Shown piece after piece: positions 28,893 through 39,713 of a DNA stretch of 64,000 nt. The notes beneath the pieces are model-generated. The model did not search any database. It was not told the DNA's origin and worked only from the letters and a program-made list of their open reading frames with translations. Position 1 is the stretch's first letter. Every line of letters starts with the position of its first letter. The DNA comes from an uncultured delta proteobacterium (GTDB taxonomy: Bacteria > Desulfobacterota > Desulfobacteria > Desulfobacterales > UBA2156). Both the position numbers and the translations under genes were made by a program. The stretch covers positions 64,001 to 128,000 of the forward strand of contig CAVTQK010000020.1 of the NCBI GenBank assembly GCA_963736855.1, in the 5' to 3' direction.

Positions 28893-31028
28893 CTACCGTC
28901 TCTTTTCCAGTGCGCCCAACACGTCGTGGGCGGATTCCACAATGGGGGTCCCTGGGCCGAAAATCCCCACCACCACATTCGACGTGCTATACAAAAAGTC
29001 GTAGTCATCGGGCGGAATCACCCCCCCCACAACCACCAGGATCTCATGGCCCCCTTCCTTTTCCAAGGCCTCCACCAGCTTGGGTACCAGGACCTTATGG
29101 GCAGCGGTCAGGGAAGAGACGCCTACCACGTGTACGTCGTTTTCCACCGCCATCTTGGCCGCCTCTTCCGGAGTCTGGAACATGGGGGCCAAGTCCACAT
29201 CAAAACCCAAGTCCGCAAAAGCGGTTGCAATCACCTTGATTCCCCGATCGTGTCCGTCCTGGCCAAGCTTGGTGAGTAGAATTCGGGGACGGCGTCCTTC
29301 CTTTTCTGAAAAGGCCTCTGTGCGTTTGCGCACCGATTCGATCTTTTCAACATCTCCGTACTCGGAAGCGTAAACGCCGGAAATGCAACGCGTCGTTGCT
29401 TTATAACGACCAAATACCTTCTCCATGGCATCCGATATCTCCCCCACCGTGGCCCGAAGCCGGACCGCGGAAATGCATGTCTCCAGGAGGTTCCCGTTTC
29501 CTGCCGCGCAATGGGTGATGGTCTCCAGCGCCTTTTTTATGGCGACATTGTCCCGGGATGCCCGGATTCTATTTAAACTCTCGATCTGCTCGTCCCTGAC
29601 CGTCGAAGAAACTTCCAGCACATCCACCTTCGCTTTGTCTTCGATCCGGTATTTGTTCACGCCCACGATGGCGTCTTTGCCTTGATCGATCCGAGCCTGC
29701 CGCCTGGCTGCCACTTCTTCGATTCGAAGCTTCGGCATCCCGGTTTCAATGGCCTTGGCCATCCCTCCGAGGGCTTCCACCTCTTCGATGACTTTACGCG
29801 CCTCCCGGATAACATCACCGGTTAAGGCTTCAACATAGTACGAACCGCCCAAAGGATCCACCACATGGCAGATATGGGACTCTTCCTGAATGACGAGCTG
29901 GGTGTTCCGCGCGATCCTGGCCGAAAAATCGGTCGGGAGACTCACCGCTTCATCAAAGGAATTGGTGTGCAGGGATTGGGTACCGCCGAGTACTGCCGCC
30001 AGGGCCTCGAGAGTGGTCCGGATGATATTATTATAAGGATCCTGCTCGGTAAGACTCCACCCCGAAGTCTGGACATGAGTCCTGAGCATCGTGGACCGAG
30101 GATCTTTGGGCTCGAACCGACTGACGACTTCGTGCCAAAGGAACCGGGCCGCCCGGAGCATGGCGATCTCCATGAAAAAGTTCATCCCGACTCCGAAGAA
30201 AAAGGAAAGGCGCGGGGCGAACGTGTCGATGTGCAGTCCCGCCCTCAGGGCCGCCCGAACGTATTCCAGGCCATCGGCGATGGTAAAGGCGCACTGAAGA
30301 ACCGAATCCGCCCCAGCCTCCATCATGTGATACCCGCTGATGCTCACCGTGTTGAACTTGGGCATGTTTTTGGAACAATAGGCGATGATGTCCGACACGA
30401 TCCGCATGGATGGTTCGGGAGGGTAGATATACGTGTTTCGGGTCAGGTATTCTTTCAGGATATCGTTTTGTATGGTCCCGGTCAGCTGCTCCGATCGGAC
30501 ACCCTGCTCTTCTGCAGCCACGATGTACCCTGCCATGATGGGAAGCACCGCACCGTTCATGGTCATGGAGACGCTCATCTGGTCCAGGGGAATCTGATCG
30601 AACAAAATTTTCATATCCTCCACCGAGTCGATGGCCACGCCGGCTTTCCCGACATCCCCGATGACGCGGGGATTATCGGAGTCATAACCCCGGTGTGTAG
30701 GCAGATCAAAAGCAACCGAAAGCCCTTTTTGACCCGCATCCAGATTGCGGCGGTAAAAAGCGTTGGACTCGCGCGCCGTGGAAAAGCCGGCATACTGCCG
30801 GATGGTCCATGGCCGACCGGCATACATGGTTGCCATGGGTCCCCGAACATAGGGGGGAAATCCAGGCAGGGTATTGACATGAGAAAGATCTTCAATAGCA
30901 TCATCCGTATATAGCGTCTTGATGGTGATCCCTTCCGGGGATTCCCGATACAATGTCTCGACAGGCTTTCCATTCATCTGCTTTTTGGCCAGTTCTTTCC
31001 ATTTTTCGAACTTCGGATCTTCGGGCAT
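28893..31028 (-). CDS. scpA: Methylmalonyl-CoA mutase (B12-dependent, single chain)
   Basis: [26 protein letters not shown] and the GQDGHDRG B12-binding motif. Confidence 0.95.
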   Translation of the reverse strand: MPEDPKFEKWKELAKKQMNGKPVETLYRESPEGITIKTLYTDDAIEDLSHVNTLPGFPPYVRGPMATMYAGRPWTIRQYAGFSTARESNAFYRRNLDAGQKGLSVAFDLPTHRGYDSDNPRVIGDVGKAGVAIDSVEDMKILFDQIPLDQMSVSMTMNGAVLPIMAGYIVAAEEQGVRSEQLTGTIQNDILKEYLTRNTYIYPPEPSMRIVSDIIAYCSKNMPKFNTVSISGYHMMEAGADSVLQCAFTIADGLEYVRAALRAGLHIDTFAPRLSFFFGVGMNFFMEIAMLRAARFLWHEVVSRFEPKDPRSTMLRTHVQTSGWSLTEQDPYNNIIRTTLEALAAVLGGTQSLHTNSFDEAVSLPTDFSARIARNTQLVIQEESHICHVVDPLGGSYYVEALTGDVIREARKVIEEVEALGGMAKAIETGMPKLRIEEVAARRQARIDQGKDAIVGVNKYRIEDKAKVDVLEVSSTVRDEQIESLNRIRASRDNVAIKKALETITHCAAGNGNLLETCISAVRLRATVGEISDAMEKVFGRYKATTRCISGVYASEYGDVEKIESVRKRTEAFSEKEGRRPRILLTKLGQDGHDRGIKVIATAFADLGFDVDLAPMFQTPEEAAKMAVENDVHVVGVSSLTAAHKVLVPKLVEALEKEGGHEILVVVGGVIPPDDYDFLYSTSNVVVGIFGPGTPIVESAHDVLGALEKRR

Positions 31029-31216
31029 GGTGGACTCCTTTATTTTTGCATCGTTAACGTCCTATTCTCAGTCCTGATTTAATTCTTGAACCCTTCCCGG
31101 GGCTGCCTTGAGTGCCGGTTCCTGTTTCCGACAACAGGCCGCTGCCTTTTTATCACTCAATGAGACCCCTTTTACGGGATCCGTCGGGTAAAACCTTCGG
31201 TCATCTGGAAGGAGTT

Positions 31217-31501
31217 TCAGTGCTGATAGGCGCGATACTCGGTTTTTGATCCGATGAGCTTATCGATCTTGTTTTGTATCGAAAGCCTTTCCGAACTGTT
31301 GGCCCATCTTTCCCATTCTGCAAGAGACCGCCAGGTGCTGATGACCAAGTATTCATCCTGTTTATCCAGGCTTTTTAAAGTCTCACCATTGATATAGCCC
31401 GGCTGCCTGGAGGCAATGGAATGCAGCTTTTCGAGAAAGGGCATAATTTCTTGAACCTTGTCTTCCGGCACCATCCTATGGATCATGATTTTTACTGCCA
31501 T
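31217..31501 (-). CDS. Antibiotic biosynthesis monooxygenase (ABM) domain protein
   Basis: About 94 aa; QPGYINGETL...YLVISTWRSLAEW; GGAGG RBS before ATG 31501. Confidence 0.75.
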   Translation of the reverse strand: MAVKIMIHRMVPEDKVQEIMPFLEKLHSIASRQPGYINGETLKSLDKQDEYLVISTWRSLAEWERWANSSERLSIQNKIDKLIGSKTEYRAYQH

Positions 31502-31572
31502 TTTCCCCTCCTCCGGTATTGCGAAACGATTCGCCACTGACCCCGGTCCGGGCGAAACTTTTTTCGTTGCGG

Positions 31573-32337
31573 CTATTGCTCCTCCGAGACCAGGTAGGCC
31601 TTGAAAAACTCCCTATTGAGTCTTCCGATGTTGGAAATTGAGATTTCTTTGGGGCATTCAATCTGACATTCGGTAATATTGGAACAGTTTCCAAATCCGA
31701 GTTGATCCATTTTCTCAACCATCCGCATGGCGCGACGAGCCGCCTCGGGCTTGCCCTGGGGGAGCAGCGCCAGATGGGAAACTTTAGCGGCCGTAAAAAG
31801 CATGGCCGATCCATTGGGACAGGCGGCCACACAAGCCCCGCAACCGATGCATGCGGCCGCATCCATCGCCCTGTCGGCCGCATCCTGCGGAACCGGGACG
31901 CTGTTGGCTTCGGGTGCCGATCCGGTGTTGACGGAGATGTACCCCCCCGCGACGATGATTTGATCCAGCGATCCCCGATCCACCACCAGGTCTTTGATTA
32001 CCGGAAACGCCCGGGACCGCCACGGTTCGATGACCAGTTCATCTCCATCGGAAAAATGCCGCATGTGCAGCTGGCATAACGTTGTCCCCCTCTCGGGACC
32101 GTGGGGCCTCCCGTTGACCACCGCACCACACATCCCACAGATACCCTCACGGCAGTCGTGATCAAATGCGATGGGTTCTTTTCCCGCCTGGGTCAGTTCC
32201 TCATTGAGGACGTCCAGCATCTCCAGAAACGACATGTCCGTGGATATGTTTTTTGCGGAATAAGCTTCAAGGCGCCCTTTATCCCTATTTTCGTCCTGTC
32301 GCCATACTTTAAGTGTCAAGCTGATGTTCTTCTTCAC
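31573..32337 (-). CDS. sdhB: Succinate dehydrogenase/fumarate reductase iron-sulfur subunit
   Basis: [33 protein letters not shown]. Confidence 0.94.
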   Translation of the reverse strand: MKKNISLTLKVWRQDENRDKGRLEAYSAKNISTDMSFLEMLDVLNEELTQAGKEPIAFDHDCREGICGMCGAVVNGRPHGPERGTTLCQLHMRHFSDGDELVIEPWRSRAFPVIKDLVVDRGSLDQIIVAGGYISVNTGSAPEANSVPVPQDAADRAMDAAACIGCGACVAACPNGSAMLFTAAKVSHLALLPQGKPEAARRAMRMVEKMDQLGFGNCSNITECQIECPKEISISNIGRLNREFFKAYLVSEEQ

Positions 32338-34247
32338 TTGTAGCTCCTCTGGGCCAACGCCACGTTTTCAAAAACCAGGGGCTCCTTATGAAACGCAGGC
32401 TCACGATCCTGACCGGTATATTCCCATGCCGCCACATGGCAAAAGTTCTTATCGTCTCGAAGCGCTTCGTTGTCCGGGGTTTGGTACGCTTCGTTGAAAT
32501 GCCCGCCGCACGATTCCTGCCGGGCCAGGGCATCGAGAACTAGTAATTCTGCAAATTCCATAAAATCCGCCACACGCCCGGCCCGTTCGAGGCTTTGATT
32601 GAATGCTTCATTTTGACCGGGCACCTTGACGTTTTTCCAGAATTCGCTTCGCAAAGCGCGGATCATTTCCCGTGCCTTTTTAAGACCTTCGTTGTTTCGA
32701 CTCATACCGCAATATTCCCACATGATGCGCCCCAGCTCCCGGTGAAAATCATCCACCGTGCGGTGACCATTGATGGAAAGCAGTGCATCGATCCGTTTTC
32801 GGGAAGGCCCGACTGCATCCTGAAAAGCCGGATGCGTTTCGGAAACCGCTTCAAGAGGGGTCGAGGCAAGATATCCACCGATCGTATAGGGAATGACGAA
32901 ATAACCGTCCGCCAACCCCTGCATCAGGGCGGAAGCCCCCAGACGATTGGCTCCGTGGTCTGAGAAATTGGCTTCTCCCAGAATAAAAAGGCCTTCCACC
33001 GTGCTCATGAGGTTATAATCGACCCACAAGCCTCCCATGGCGTAATGGGCCGCCGGATAAATCATCATGGGAGTTTGGTAGGGATCTTCTCCGGTAATTT
33101 TTTCATACATTTGGAAGAGATTGCCGTACTTTTTCTCAATCGCTTCCCGGCCGTCTTGATGAATGGCGTCTCTGAAGTCCAGATATACCGCAAGACCGGT
33201 TTCACCGACCCCTTTGCCCGCATCACATTGGGCCTTGGCCGCCCGGGAAGCCACGTCCCGGGGAACGAGGTTCCCGAAATTGGGATACCGTCTTTCCAGA
33301 TAGTAATCCCGTTCCGTCTCCGGGATCTCCTCAGGACGGCGTTTATCCCCGGGCTTCACGGGCACCCATACCCGGCCGTCATTTCGCAGGCTTTCACTCA
33401 TAAGGGTGAGTTTGGATTGATGGGTGCCGTGCACCGGAATACAGGTGGGATGGATTTGGGTGAAACACGGGTTGGCGAAAAAGGCTCCCCGTTTGTAGCA
33501 GCGGAAGGCGGCAGTCACGTTGGAAGACATGGCATTGGTGGAAAGAAAATAGACGTTCCCGTAACCCCCGGTGGCCAAAACCACCGCGTGGGCGCTGTGG
33601 GTTTCAATCTCACCGGTAATCAGGTTCCTTGCCACGATTCCCCGGGCGCGGCCATTGACCAGCACCAGGTCAAGCATGTCGCGTCGGGGAAAAATGGCTA
33701 CACGGCCCGCGGCGACCTGCCTCATCATGGCGCTGTAAGCCCCCAGCAGAAGCTGCTGGCCGGTCTGCCCCCGGGCATAGAAGGTTCGGGACACCTGAGC
33801 CCCGCCGAAGCTCCGGTTAGCCAACAGTCCGCCATATTCCCTGGCAAACGGAACTCCTTGGGCTACACATTGATCGATGATAGCATTGCTGATCTGTGCC
33901 AAGCGATAGACATTGGCCTCCCGAGACCTGAAATCTCCCCCTTTTACCGTATCGTAAAAAAGCCGCCAGATGCTGTCCCCCTCATTGGTATAGTTCTTGG
34001 CTGCGTTGATGCCCCCTTGGGCTGCGATGCTGTGGGCCCGACGAGGGCTGTCCTGAATACAAAAGGCCTTAACGTTATATCCCAATTCCGCCAAAGTGGC
34101 CGACGCACTCCCTCCGGCCAGACCCGTCCCCACCACGATAATATCAAATTTACGCTTGTTTGCCGGATTCACCAGCTTGAGTTCAAACCGGTGCCGATCC
34201 CATTTCTCGGGAAGGGGACCGCTTGGGATCTTTGCATCGAGTTCCAT
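32334..34247 (-). CDS. sdhA: Succinate dehydrogenase/fumarate reductase flavoprotein subunit
   Basis: [39 protein letters not shown]. Confidence 0.95.
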   Translation of the reverse strand: MELDAKIPSGPLPEKWDRHRFELKLVNPANKRKFDIIVVGTGLAGGSASATLAELGYNVKAFCIQDSPRRAHSIAAQGGINAAKNYTNEGDSIWRLFYDTVKGGDFRSREANVYRLAQISNAIIDQCVAQGVPFAREYGGLLANRSFGGAQVSRTFYARGQTGQQLLLGAYSAMMRQVAAGRVAIFPRRDMLDLVLVNGRARGIVARNLITGEIETHSAHAVVLATGGYGNVYFLSTNAMSSNVTAAFRCYKRGAFFANPCFTQIHPTCIPVHGTHQSKLTLMSESLRNDGRVWVPVKPGDKRRPEEIPETERDYYLERRYPNFGNLVPRDVASRAAKAQCDAGKGVGETGLAVYLDFRDAIHQDGREAIEKKYGNLFQMYEKITGEDPYQTPMMIYPAAHYAMGGLWVDYNLMSTVEGLFILGEANFSDHGANRLGASALMQGLADGYFVIPYTIGGYLASTPLEAVSETHPAFQDAVGPSRKRIDALLSINGHRTVDDFHRELGRIMWEYCGMSRNNEGLKKAREMIRALRSEFWKNVKVPGQNEAFNQSLERAGRVADFMEFAELLVLDALARQESCGGHFNEAYQTPDNEALRDDKNFCHVAAWEYTGQDREPAFHKEPLVFENVALAQRSYK

Positions 34248-34274
34248 GAAATCGAATCTCCTTGTCGGATTCTT

Positions 34275-34913
34275 CTATACCCAGATCATATAAATCGGAA
34301 TAAAACCGAACCCCAAACCGATTACCACCGAAAAGATTAACCCCACCCCTTTGATGAGCGGCATATATTTTGAATGGTGAGCACCGATGGTTTGAAAGGC
34401 ACTCCAAAAACCATGGCTGACATGAACCGCCACCGCCGCCATGGCGATGACGTAAAGGGTAACCTCGATAGGGTTTTGAAAGGCTTTTTTAACAATTTCA
34501 TAAATTGTCACAGAGGTTTTATCCACAAAATGGAAACGGATCAGGTGATAAACCACAAAGGCCAGCACCAGGAGGCCTGTATAGAGCATGGTCGCCGAAC
34601 CCAAGGTCTGTCCCCCGCCGTTCTTTTTCACCGCATATTTAACCGGGCGGGCGCGATAATTCTCATAAAAAAGCCACATCCCGAAAAGCACATGCACCAG
34701 CGCCATAGCCAACAGGCCGATTTCAAATACATTCAAGAGTGGTCCGAGGCTATGCAATCGTGTTGCATAGGCGTTGAACGCCTCCCCGCCCTGATATAGA
34801 AGCAGGTTCCCCGCCAGGTGTGCGCTTAAAAATAAAATAAAACATAAGCCGGTCAGCGCCATCAGCACCTTCCGTCCAATGGAAGAGCTGAAAAACCTCA
34901 AAACCCATGCCAT
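34275..34913 (-). CDS. sdhC: Succinate dehydrogenase cytochrome b subunit (b558 family)
   Basis: SSIGRKVLMALTG, HLAGN, HGFWSAFQT; five TM helices with four His; first gene of sdhCAB. Confidence 0.9.
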   Translation of the reverse strand: MAWVLRFFSSSIGRKVLMALTGLCFILFLSAHLAGNLLLYQGGEAFNAYATRLHSLGPLLNVFEIGLLAMALVHVLFGMWLFYENYRARPVKYAVKKNGGGQTLGSATMLYTGLLVLAFVVYHLIRFHFVDKTSVTIYEIVKKAFQNPIEVTLYVIAMAAVAVHVSHGFWSAFQTIGAHHSKYMPLIKGVGLIFSVVIGLGFGFIPIYMIWV

Positions 34914-35125
34914 TGTCAAGAATCCTTCCCCTGGTTTCAAATTAATATACGGTTTTCAATCCACCTTCGCTCTTGAAGGCATCTTCTTCAAGAGCCAACA
35001 TTTTGAGCAATGCTCTTAAAATCCGAAAAAACTGAAATTACTATAACACATTGCAGCCGTTTTTCAATTCTCAAAATCAATGTATTATCTTATGGCCGGA
35101 TTTTTCCATGCCGGATATTATCGTA

Positions 35126-35154
35126 TTGAAATTCATATCCTTTTCCCCTATACT
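35126..35154 (+). promoter_or_regulatory. Putative sigma-70 promoter for the pqi operon
   Basis: TTGAAA-N17-TATACT. Confidence 0.5.
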
Positions 35155-35198
35155 GTTCAGAGAAAGGGCTTAATGGCAAGAAACCTCCTGTGTGTGGA

Positions 35199-35810
35199 AT
35201 GATCCAAGCGACGCGCCTGATTGCATGCCACGAATGCGACCTGATTCATCACCTTCCGCTAATTGCTTCCGGCAAATCGGCCCGCTGTTCCCGCTGCGGT
35301 GCGCTTTTGATCCGCAGGCGGAAAAACAGCCTGGAGCGGACACTGGCCCTTGCCCTGGCGGGGCTGGTCTTATTCTTTCTGGCCAATGCGTTTCCTTTCC
35401 TGTCGTTTAAACTGGAGACTCAGATTCAACAGACCACCCTGATCACCGGTATACGGGAGCTCTATCATCAGGATCTTCATGCGGTGGCTATGTTGGTCAT
35501 GCTGACCACAGTGGTCGTTCCACTGGTACAGCTTGCCGGGATGATCTATATTCTTCTGCCGCTGCGGTTGAATCACAAGGCGCCAAGGCTGATGGAAACC
35601 TTCCGGCTGATGCAAGCACTCAAACCATGGAGCATGACCGAAGTCTTCATGCTCGGAATCCTGGTTTCTATTGTCAAACTCGCTAAAATGGCCCAAATCA
35701 TCCCCGGCGTTGCGCTGTATTCATTTATGGCGCTCATTTTTATCCTGGCCGCCGCCACAGCCACTCTGGATCCACAAACGGTTTGGGAGCGATGGAATCC
35801 CGATCAGTGA
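35199..35810 (+). CDS. pqiA: Paraquat-inducible protein A, N-terminal half
   Basis: CHECD...CSRCG, ANAFPF, WSMTEVFMLGILVSIVKL. Confidence 0.88.
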   Translation: MIQATRLIACHECDLIHHLPLIASGKSARCSRCGALLIRRRKNSLERTLALALAGLVLFFLANAFPFLSFKLETQIQQTTLITGIRELYHQDLHAVAMLVMLTTVVVPLVQLAGMIYILLPLRLNHKAPRLMETFRLMQALKPWSMTEVFMLGILVSIVKLAKMAQIIPGVALYSFMALIFILAAATATLDPQTVWERWNPDQ

Positions 35811-35818
35811 GGTCTCCC

Positions 35819-36448
35819 ATGTCTACGGCGAAAAATTTGGATCTCATCAGCTGCCATAGCTGCCACCTGCTTTGTCGGGCGCATAAATCAGGCTCTGTTG
35901 CCAGATGGGTATGCCCTCGGTGCGGGGCCAGGTTGCATTTCCGAAAACCCAAAAGCGTCGCACGGACCTGGGCCTTGGTAATTGCCGCGGCCATATTCTA
36001 TATTCCCGCCAATGTGCTGTCGATCACCACGGTCGTCTCATTCGGCAGCACCCAATCCGATACGATATTGAGTGGCGTGCTCTATTTCATTAAAACCGGC
36101 ATGTGGCCCATCGCCATAATCATATTTGTCGCCAGCATCGTAGTCCCGCTGGCTAAGATTTTTATCTTGAGCTTCCTTATGATTACCGTACAACTAGGGT
36201 CTGTCCGGCGCAGAAAAGACCGCACCCGCCTTTACCGAATCACGGAGGCCATCGGTCGATGGTCCATGTTGGATATCTTCGTGGTGACTATTTTAGTCGC
36301 CCTGGTGAATCTTGGCTCCTTGGCAACGGTTAAGGCCGGGCCGGCAGCGCCGTTTTTCGCCGCCGTGGTTGTCATCACCATGTTCGCGGCGATGAGTTTT
36401 GATCCCAGACTGATCTGGGACGCAAAGGAATATCCCGATGGAAAATGA
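35819..36448 (+). CDS. pqiA: Paraquat-inducible protein A, C-terminal half
   Basis: CHSC...CPRCG, YIPAN, GRWSMLDIFVV, FDPRLIWD. Confidence 0.88.
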   Translation: MSTAKNLDLISCHSCHLLCRAHKSGSVARWVCPRCGARLHFRKPKSVARTWALVIAAAIFYIPANVLSITTVVSFGSTQSDTILSGVLYFIKTGMWPIAIIIFVASIVVPLAKIFILSFLMITVQLGSVRRRKDRTRLYRITEAIGRWSMLDIFVVTILVALVNLGSLATVKAGPAAPFFAAVVVITMFAAMSFDPRLIWDAKEYPDGK

Positions 36449-38195
36449 TAAAACAGGTGTACCTGATTTCAGTGAAATCCCGGAAGCCGTCATCAAAGAA
36501 GGGAAAACCCCTATTTCCATCGTTTGGATCGTACCGCTGGTGGCGCTGTTGATCGGTGGATGGCTGGTTTACAAGGCCATGTCTGAAAAAGGGCCTACTA
36601 TCACCATCTCCTTTAAAACAGCGGAAGGACTCGAAGCCGGGAAGACCAAGATCAAATATAAGGATGTGGATCTGGGCCAGGTCGATAAAATCGAACTGAG
36701 TTCGGATGTGTCCAGGGTGGTGGTTCAGGCACAACTCGTCAAGAGTGCGGAAAACCTTTTAACCGAAAATACCCGCTTTTGGGTGGTCCGGGCGCGTCTT
36801 TCCGCCGGGGAGGTCTCCGGGCTTGGAACGCTCTTTTCAGGCGCCTATATCGGTATGGACCCGGGAAATCCTGGAGAGACAGCGCGGAATTTCATCGGCC
36901 TCGAAATTCCTCCTATTGTAACCGCCGATCTTCCCGGCGCCCACTTTACCTTGCATGCCGTCAGTCTGGGTTCCCTGGATATCGGATCCCCGGTTTATTA
37001 CCGTCAGATCAAGGTGGGACAGGTGGTCGGTTACCATCTGGAAGAAGATGGAAAAGCAGTGATCATTGAAATATTCATCGGCGCACCCCATCACCGATCG
37101 GTTAATAAGAATACCCGGTTCTGGAATGCCAGCGGTCTGGACGTGGCCCTCGACGTCAATGGGGTCCGGGTGAGCACGGAATCCCTGGTCACACTGATAC
37201 TCGGCGGCATCGCTTTTGATACACCTGCAAATTTAGAGCCCGGTGGACCGGCAGAAGCAGGGGATGTTTTTCTGTTGTACGACAGCCGCGAAAAGATCTC
37301 CGAAAAGACGTACGCAAACAAATTCAACTGGCTTCTATATTTCGATGGCTCGGTCCGGGGGCTTTCCGCAGGCGCACCGGTGGAGTTCAGGGGAATCCAT
37401 GTGGGAAAGGTCTTAGATGTCAGCTTGGAACTTAACCCGGATAGACGGACCTGCCGAATCCCGGTCCTGATCGAAACCGAGCCGGAACGATTCTGGCCTG
37501 CGGATACCCCCTTTGAAGAAGCCAAACAAAAAACATTTATGACCGATCTGGTCAAAAAAGGACTCAGGGCCAAACTCAAGACAGGAAATTTACTTACCGG
37601 ACAGCTTCTGGTGGATCTGGATCTTTACCCGAACGCCGATAAAGAACAGATCGACTTTTCAGGGAAATACCCGAAGCTCCCCACTTTACCGGGTCCGACA
37701 GAAGAGATCATGGCCAACCTAACCAGCCTTCTCACCAAGCTGGAGAATTTGCCCATCGAAGCAATCGGTCAGGATCTCAGAGATACGGCCCATGGAATAA
37801 ACCGCCTGGTTAATGCTTCCGAGTTGCGTGAAGCCGTCATCACCCTCAACGAGACATTGAGCCAGGCCCAGGAGCTGATGACCCGAATCAACACCGGCAC
37901 CGCACCGGAGTTCAACGCAGGAGTGGAACAGTTCAACGCCGCTTTCTCCCGGCTCAACACTCTTGTTCAAAAATTGAACGATGAAGTGACGCCGACTATT
38001 TCCGCCACACTGCAGCAAGCACAAGGAACACTTTCCGAAATCGACAGCCTCGTCCATACGGATGCTTCCCTGTTCCAAGGACTCAAGCGTGCCCTGTCGG
38101 AAATCGAAGGTGCCGCCCGTGCCATCCGCGTGACGGCGGACTACATCAGCCGGCATCCCGACGCCCTGATATACGGAAAAGGAAGTGAGAAATGA
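36438..38195 (+). CDS. pqiB: PqiB multi-MCE (MlaD) intermembrane transport protein
   Basis: N-terminal TM helix, three MCE repeats (AEGLEAGKT, GSLDIGSPVYYR, RGLSAGAPVEFRGI) and a helical tail ending PDALIYGK. Confidence 0.92.
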   Translation: MENDKTGVPDFSEIPEAVIKEGKTPISIVWIVPLVALLIGGWLVYKAMSEKGPTITISFKTAEGLEAGKTKIKYKDVDLGQVDKIELSSDVSRVVVQAQLVKSAENLLTENTRFWVVRARLSAGEVSGLGTLFSGAYIGMDPGNPGETARNFIGLEIPPIVTADLPGAHFTLHAVSLGSLDIGSPVYYRQIKVGQVVGYHLEEDGKAVIIEIFIGAPHHRSVNKNTRFWNASGLDVALDVNGVRVSTESLVTLILGGIAFDTPANLEPGGPAEAGDVFLLYDSREKISEKTYANKFNWLLYFDGSVRGLSAGAPVEFRGIHVGKVLDVSLELNPDRRTCRIPVLIETEPERFWPADTPFEEAKQKTFMTDLVKKGLRAKLKTGNLLTGQLLVDLDLYPNADKEQIDFSGKYPKLPTLPGPTEEIMANLTSLLTKLENLPIEAIGQDLRDTAHGINRLVNASELREAVITLNETLSQAQELMTRINTGTAPEFNAGVEQFNAAFSRLNTLVQKLNDEVTPTISATLQQAQGTLSEIDSLVHTDASLFQGLKRALSEIEGAARAIRVTADYISRHPDALIYGKGSEK

Positions 38196-38815
38196 TTCGA
38201 ATGCTGAAAAAGCAATGGCCAGCCTGGCTTTCGACCGGAATATTCATTCTTTCAATTGCCGGATGTCGGGGTCCTTCCGCACCGGTCCATTTTTATACGC
38301 TGACGCCCGCAGCTAACCGACCCCCACAAAAGGCAGTTTCGGTTTTTCCTAAAGTCCGGAGTATCGGCATCGGTCCCATCGAGATTCCGGAGCTTTACAA
38401 TCGTCCCCAGATTGTCACAAAGACCAGTGAAAACCAGGTCGATATTTCCGAAAATCACCGCTGGGCCGGACTCCTGCGGGAGGAAATTGCATACGTTTTG
38501 ACAGAAAACCTCTCTGCACTGCTGCAGTCCGACCGAATCATCCCCTTCCCCTGGGACAGTCTCCCTGAACCGGATCTTAAAATATCCTTGAAAGTCAACC
38601 GTTTTGAAGGGGCTCTTGGAGAAAAAGCGATCTTGGATGCCACCTGGTCCATGAGCCGGACCCAACCCCGTGAAGTCATCTTGGTTAGAAAGGCATTTCT
38701 TGAAGAGCCGGTGGCCGATGAAACATATCTTTCGTATGTGGCAGCTGAGAGCCGCCTTTTGGCCGCCTTCAGCCGGGAACTGGCGTCAGAGATCCTGAAA
38801 TATCGGCTGGAATAA
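38192..38815 (+). CDS. pqiC: PqiC-like outer-membrane lipoprotein
   Basis: Lipobox IAGC, HFYTL, YNRPQIV, HRWA. Confidence 0.85.
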   Translation: MIRMLKKQWPAWLSTGIFILSIAGCRGPSAPVHFYTLTPAANRPPQKAVSVFPKVRSIGIGPIEIPELYNRPQIVTKTSENQVDISENHRWAGLLREEIAYVLTENLSALLQSDRIIPFPWDSLPEPDLKISLKVNRFEGALGEKAILDATWSMSRTQPREVILVRKAFLEEPVADETYLSYVAAESRLLAAFSRELASEILKYRLE

Positions 38816-38874
38816 CTTCCAAACAAAAGGTCAAGTCAGAGGGTTTTAGTTACGGATGGTTTCTGAAAAACGGG

Positions 38875-39579
38875 CTAAGGATCGGAATACAACTCTTGGC
38901 GAATTTCGGCTTTTCGGCGCATCCAGTAGCGGGTTGCTTCCGGATTTTGCGTTTGTTTAGCACATTTGATAAGCCCTGAAACAGCCCCGATCCCTGATGG
39001 ATTTTGTTTCAGGGCTTCCATAAACACATCGCGTGCCAAGCCGTATTCATTTCTCCGGTAATGGGCCCAACCTAAGAGGTCGCAAATCAAAAAGGATGAT
39101 GGGCATATCGCTGCCACCCTGGCAAATGGTTCGATGTCCAGGACAGAAGCCTCCTGTTGAAAGGAAAGAAGATAAAAGCTCTCGAGTACCCGCCCCAGTG
39201 CATCCAACCCCTCCCAGGAGATCCTTTCCGGCCATAGTGCGGCCCTCTGCTGAAAGGCATCAAAAAGAAGACCCTGCCGGGAGACTCCATTGATAAAGAT
39301 TTTCCGAAACCCCACCAGGTGATCTTCGATTTGAACCGAAAGGGTATCCTCCCAGGGTTCGACTTCTTTCAGCGAATCCGTCATTTCCAGGAAAACCGTT
39401 TGATCGCTGTAAATACCCGAAAACCAGTAACGGATCTTCTGATGAATTCCCATGGCGAACAGGTTCAGGTTGACACCCGGGTTCCTGCAGTAGACGGCAA
39501 GCTGTCCTGCTTCCGGAAATATCCGGTTTGCCCTCCATCCGAACCACATCTCCTCAAGCCGTGTACAAAGCGCCAGCAC
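38875..39579 (-). CDS. Hypothetical protein with C-terminal TPR; true start probably further upstream
   Basis: DLLGWAHYRRNEYGLARDVFMEALKQNP is TPR-like. The frame stays open up to 39699 without an ATG/GTG/TTG. Confidence 0.6.
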   Translation of the reverse strand: MLALCTRLEEMWFGWRANRIFPEAGQLAVYCRNPGVNLNLFAMGIHQKIRYWFSGIYSDQTVFLEMTDSLKEVEPWEDTLSVQIEDHLVGFRKIFINGVSRQGLLFDAFQQRAALWPERISWEGLDALGRVLESFYLLSFQQEASVLDIEPFARVAAICPSSFLICDLLGWAHYRRNEYGLARDVFMEALKQNPSGIGAVSGLIKCAKQTQNPEATRYWMRRKAEIRQELYSDP

Positions 39580-39713
39580 GTTGCCCAGCAGGAAATGCAG
39601 CCCCAGGCCGATTCCTGAAAAAGGCGTTTCCGGACCGGGCCGTATCGGTAAGACGATGGCCCGATTTTTTTCTGTCGGATTGATCGGGTCGCTTCCGTTT
39701 TAAAAGCGAGCCG

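Noticed and set aside
31030..31216. Possible cobalamin riboswitch upstream of methylmalonyl-CoA mutase
   Set aside because: Some hairpins and a GGGAAG are present, but I could not find the conserved core and B12-box in the right order. An Rfam/Infernal scan would settle it.
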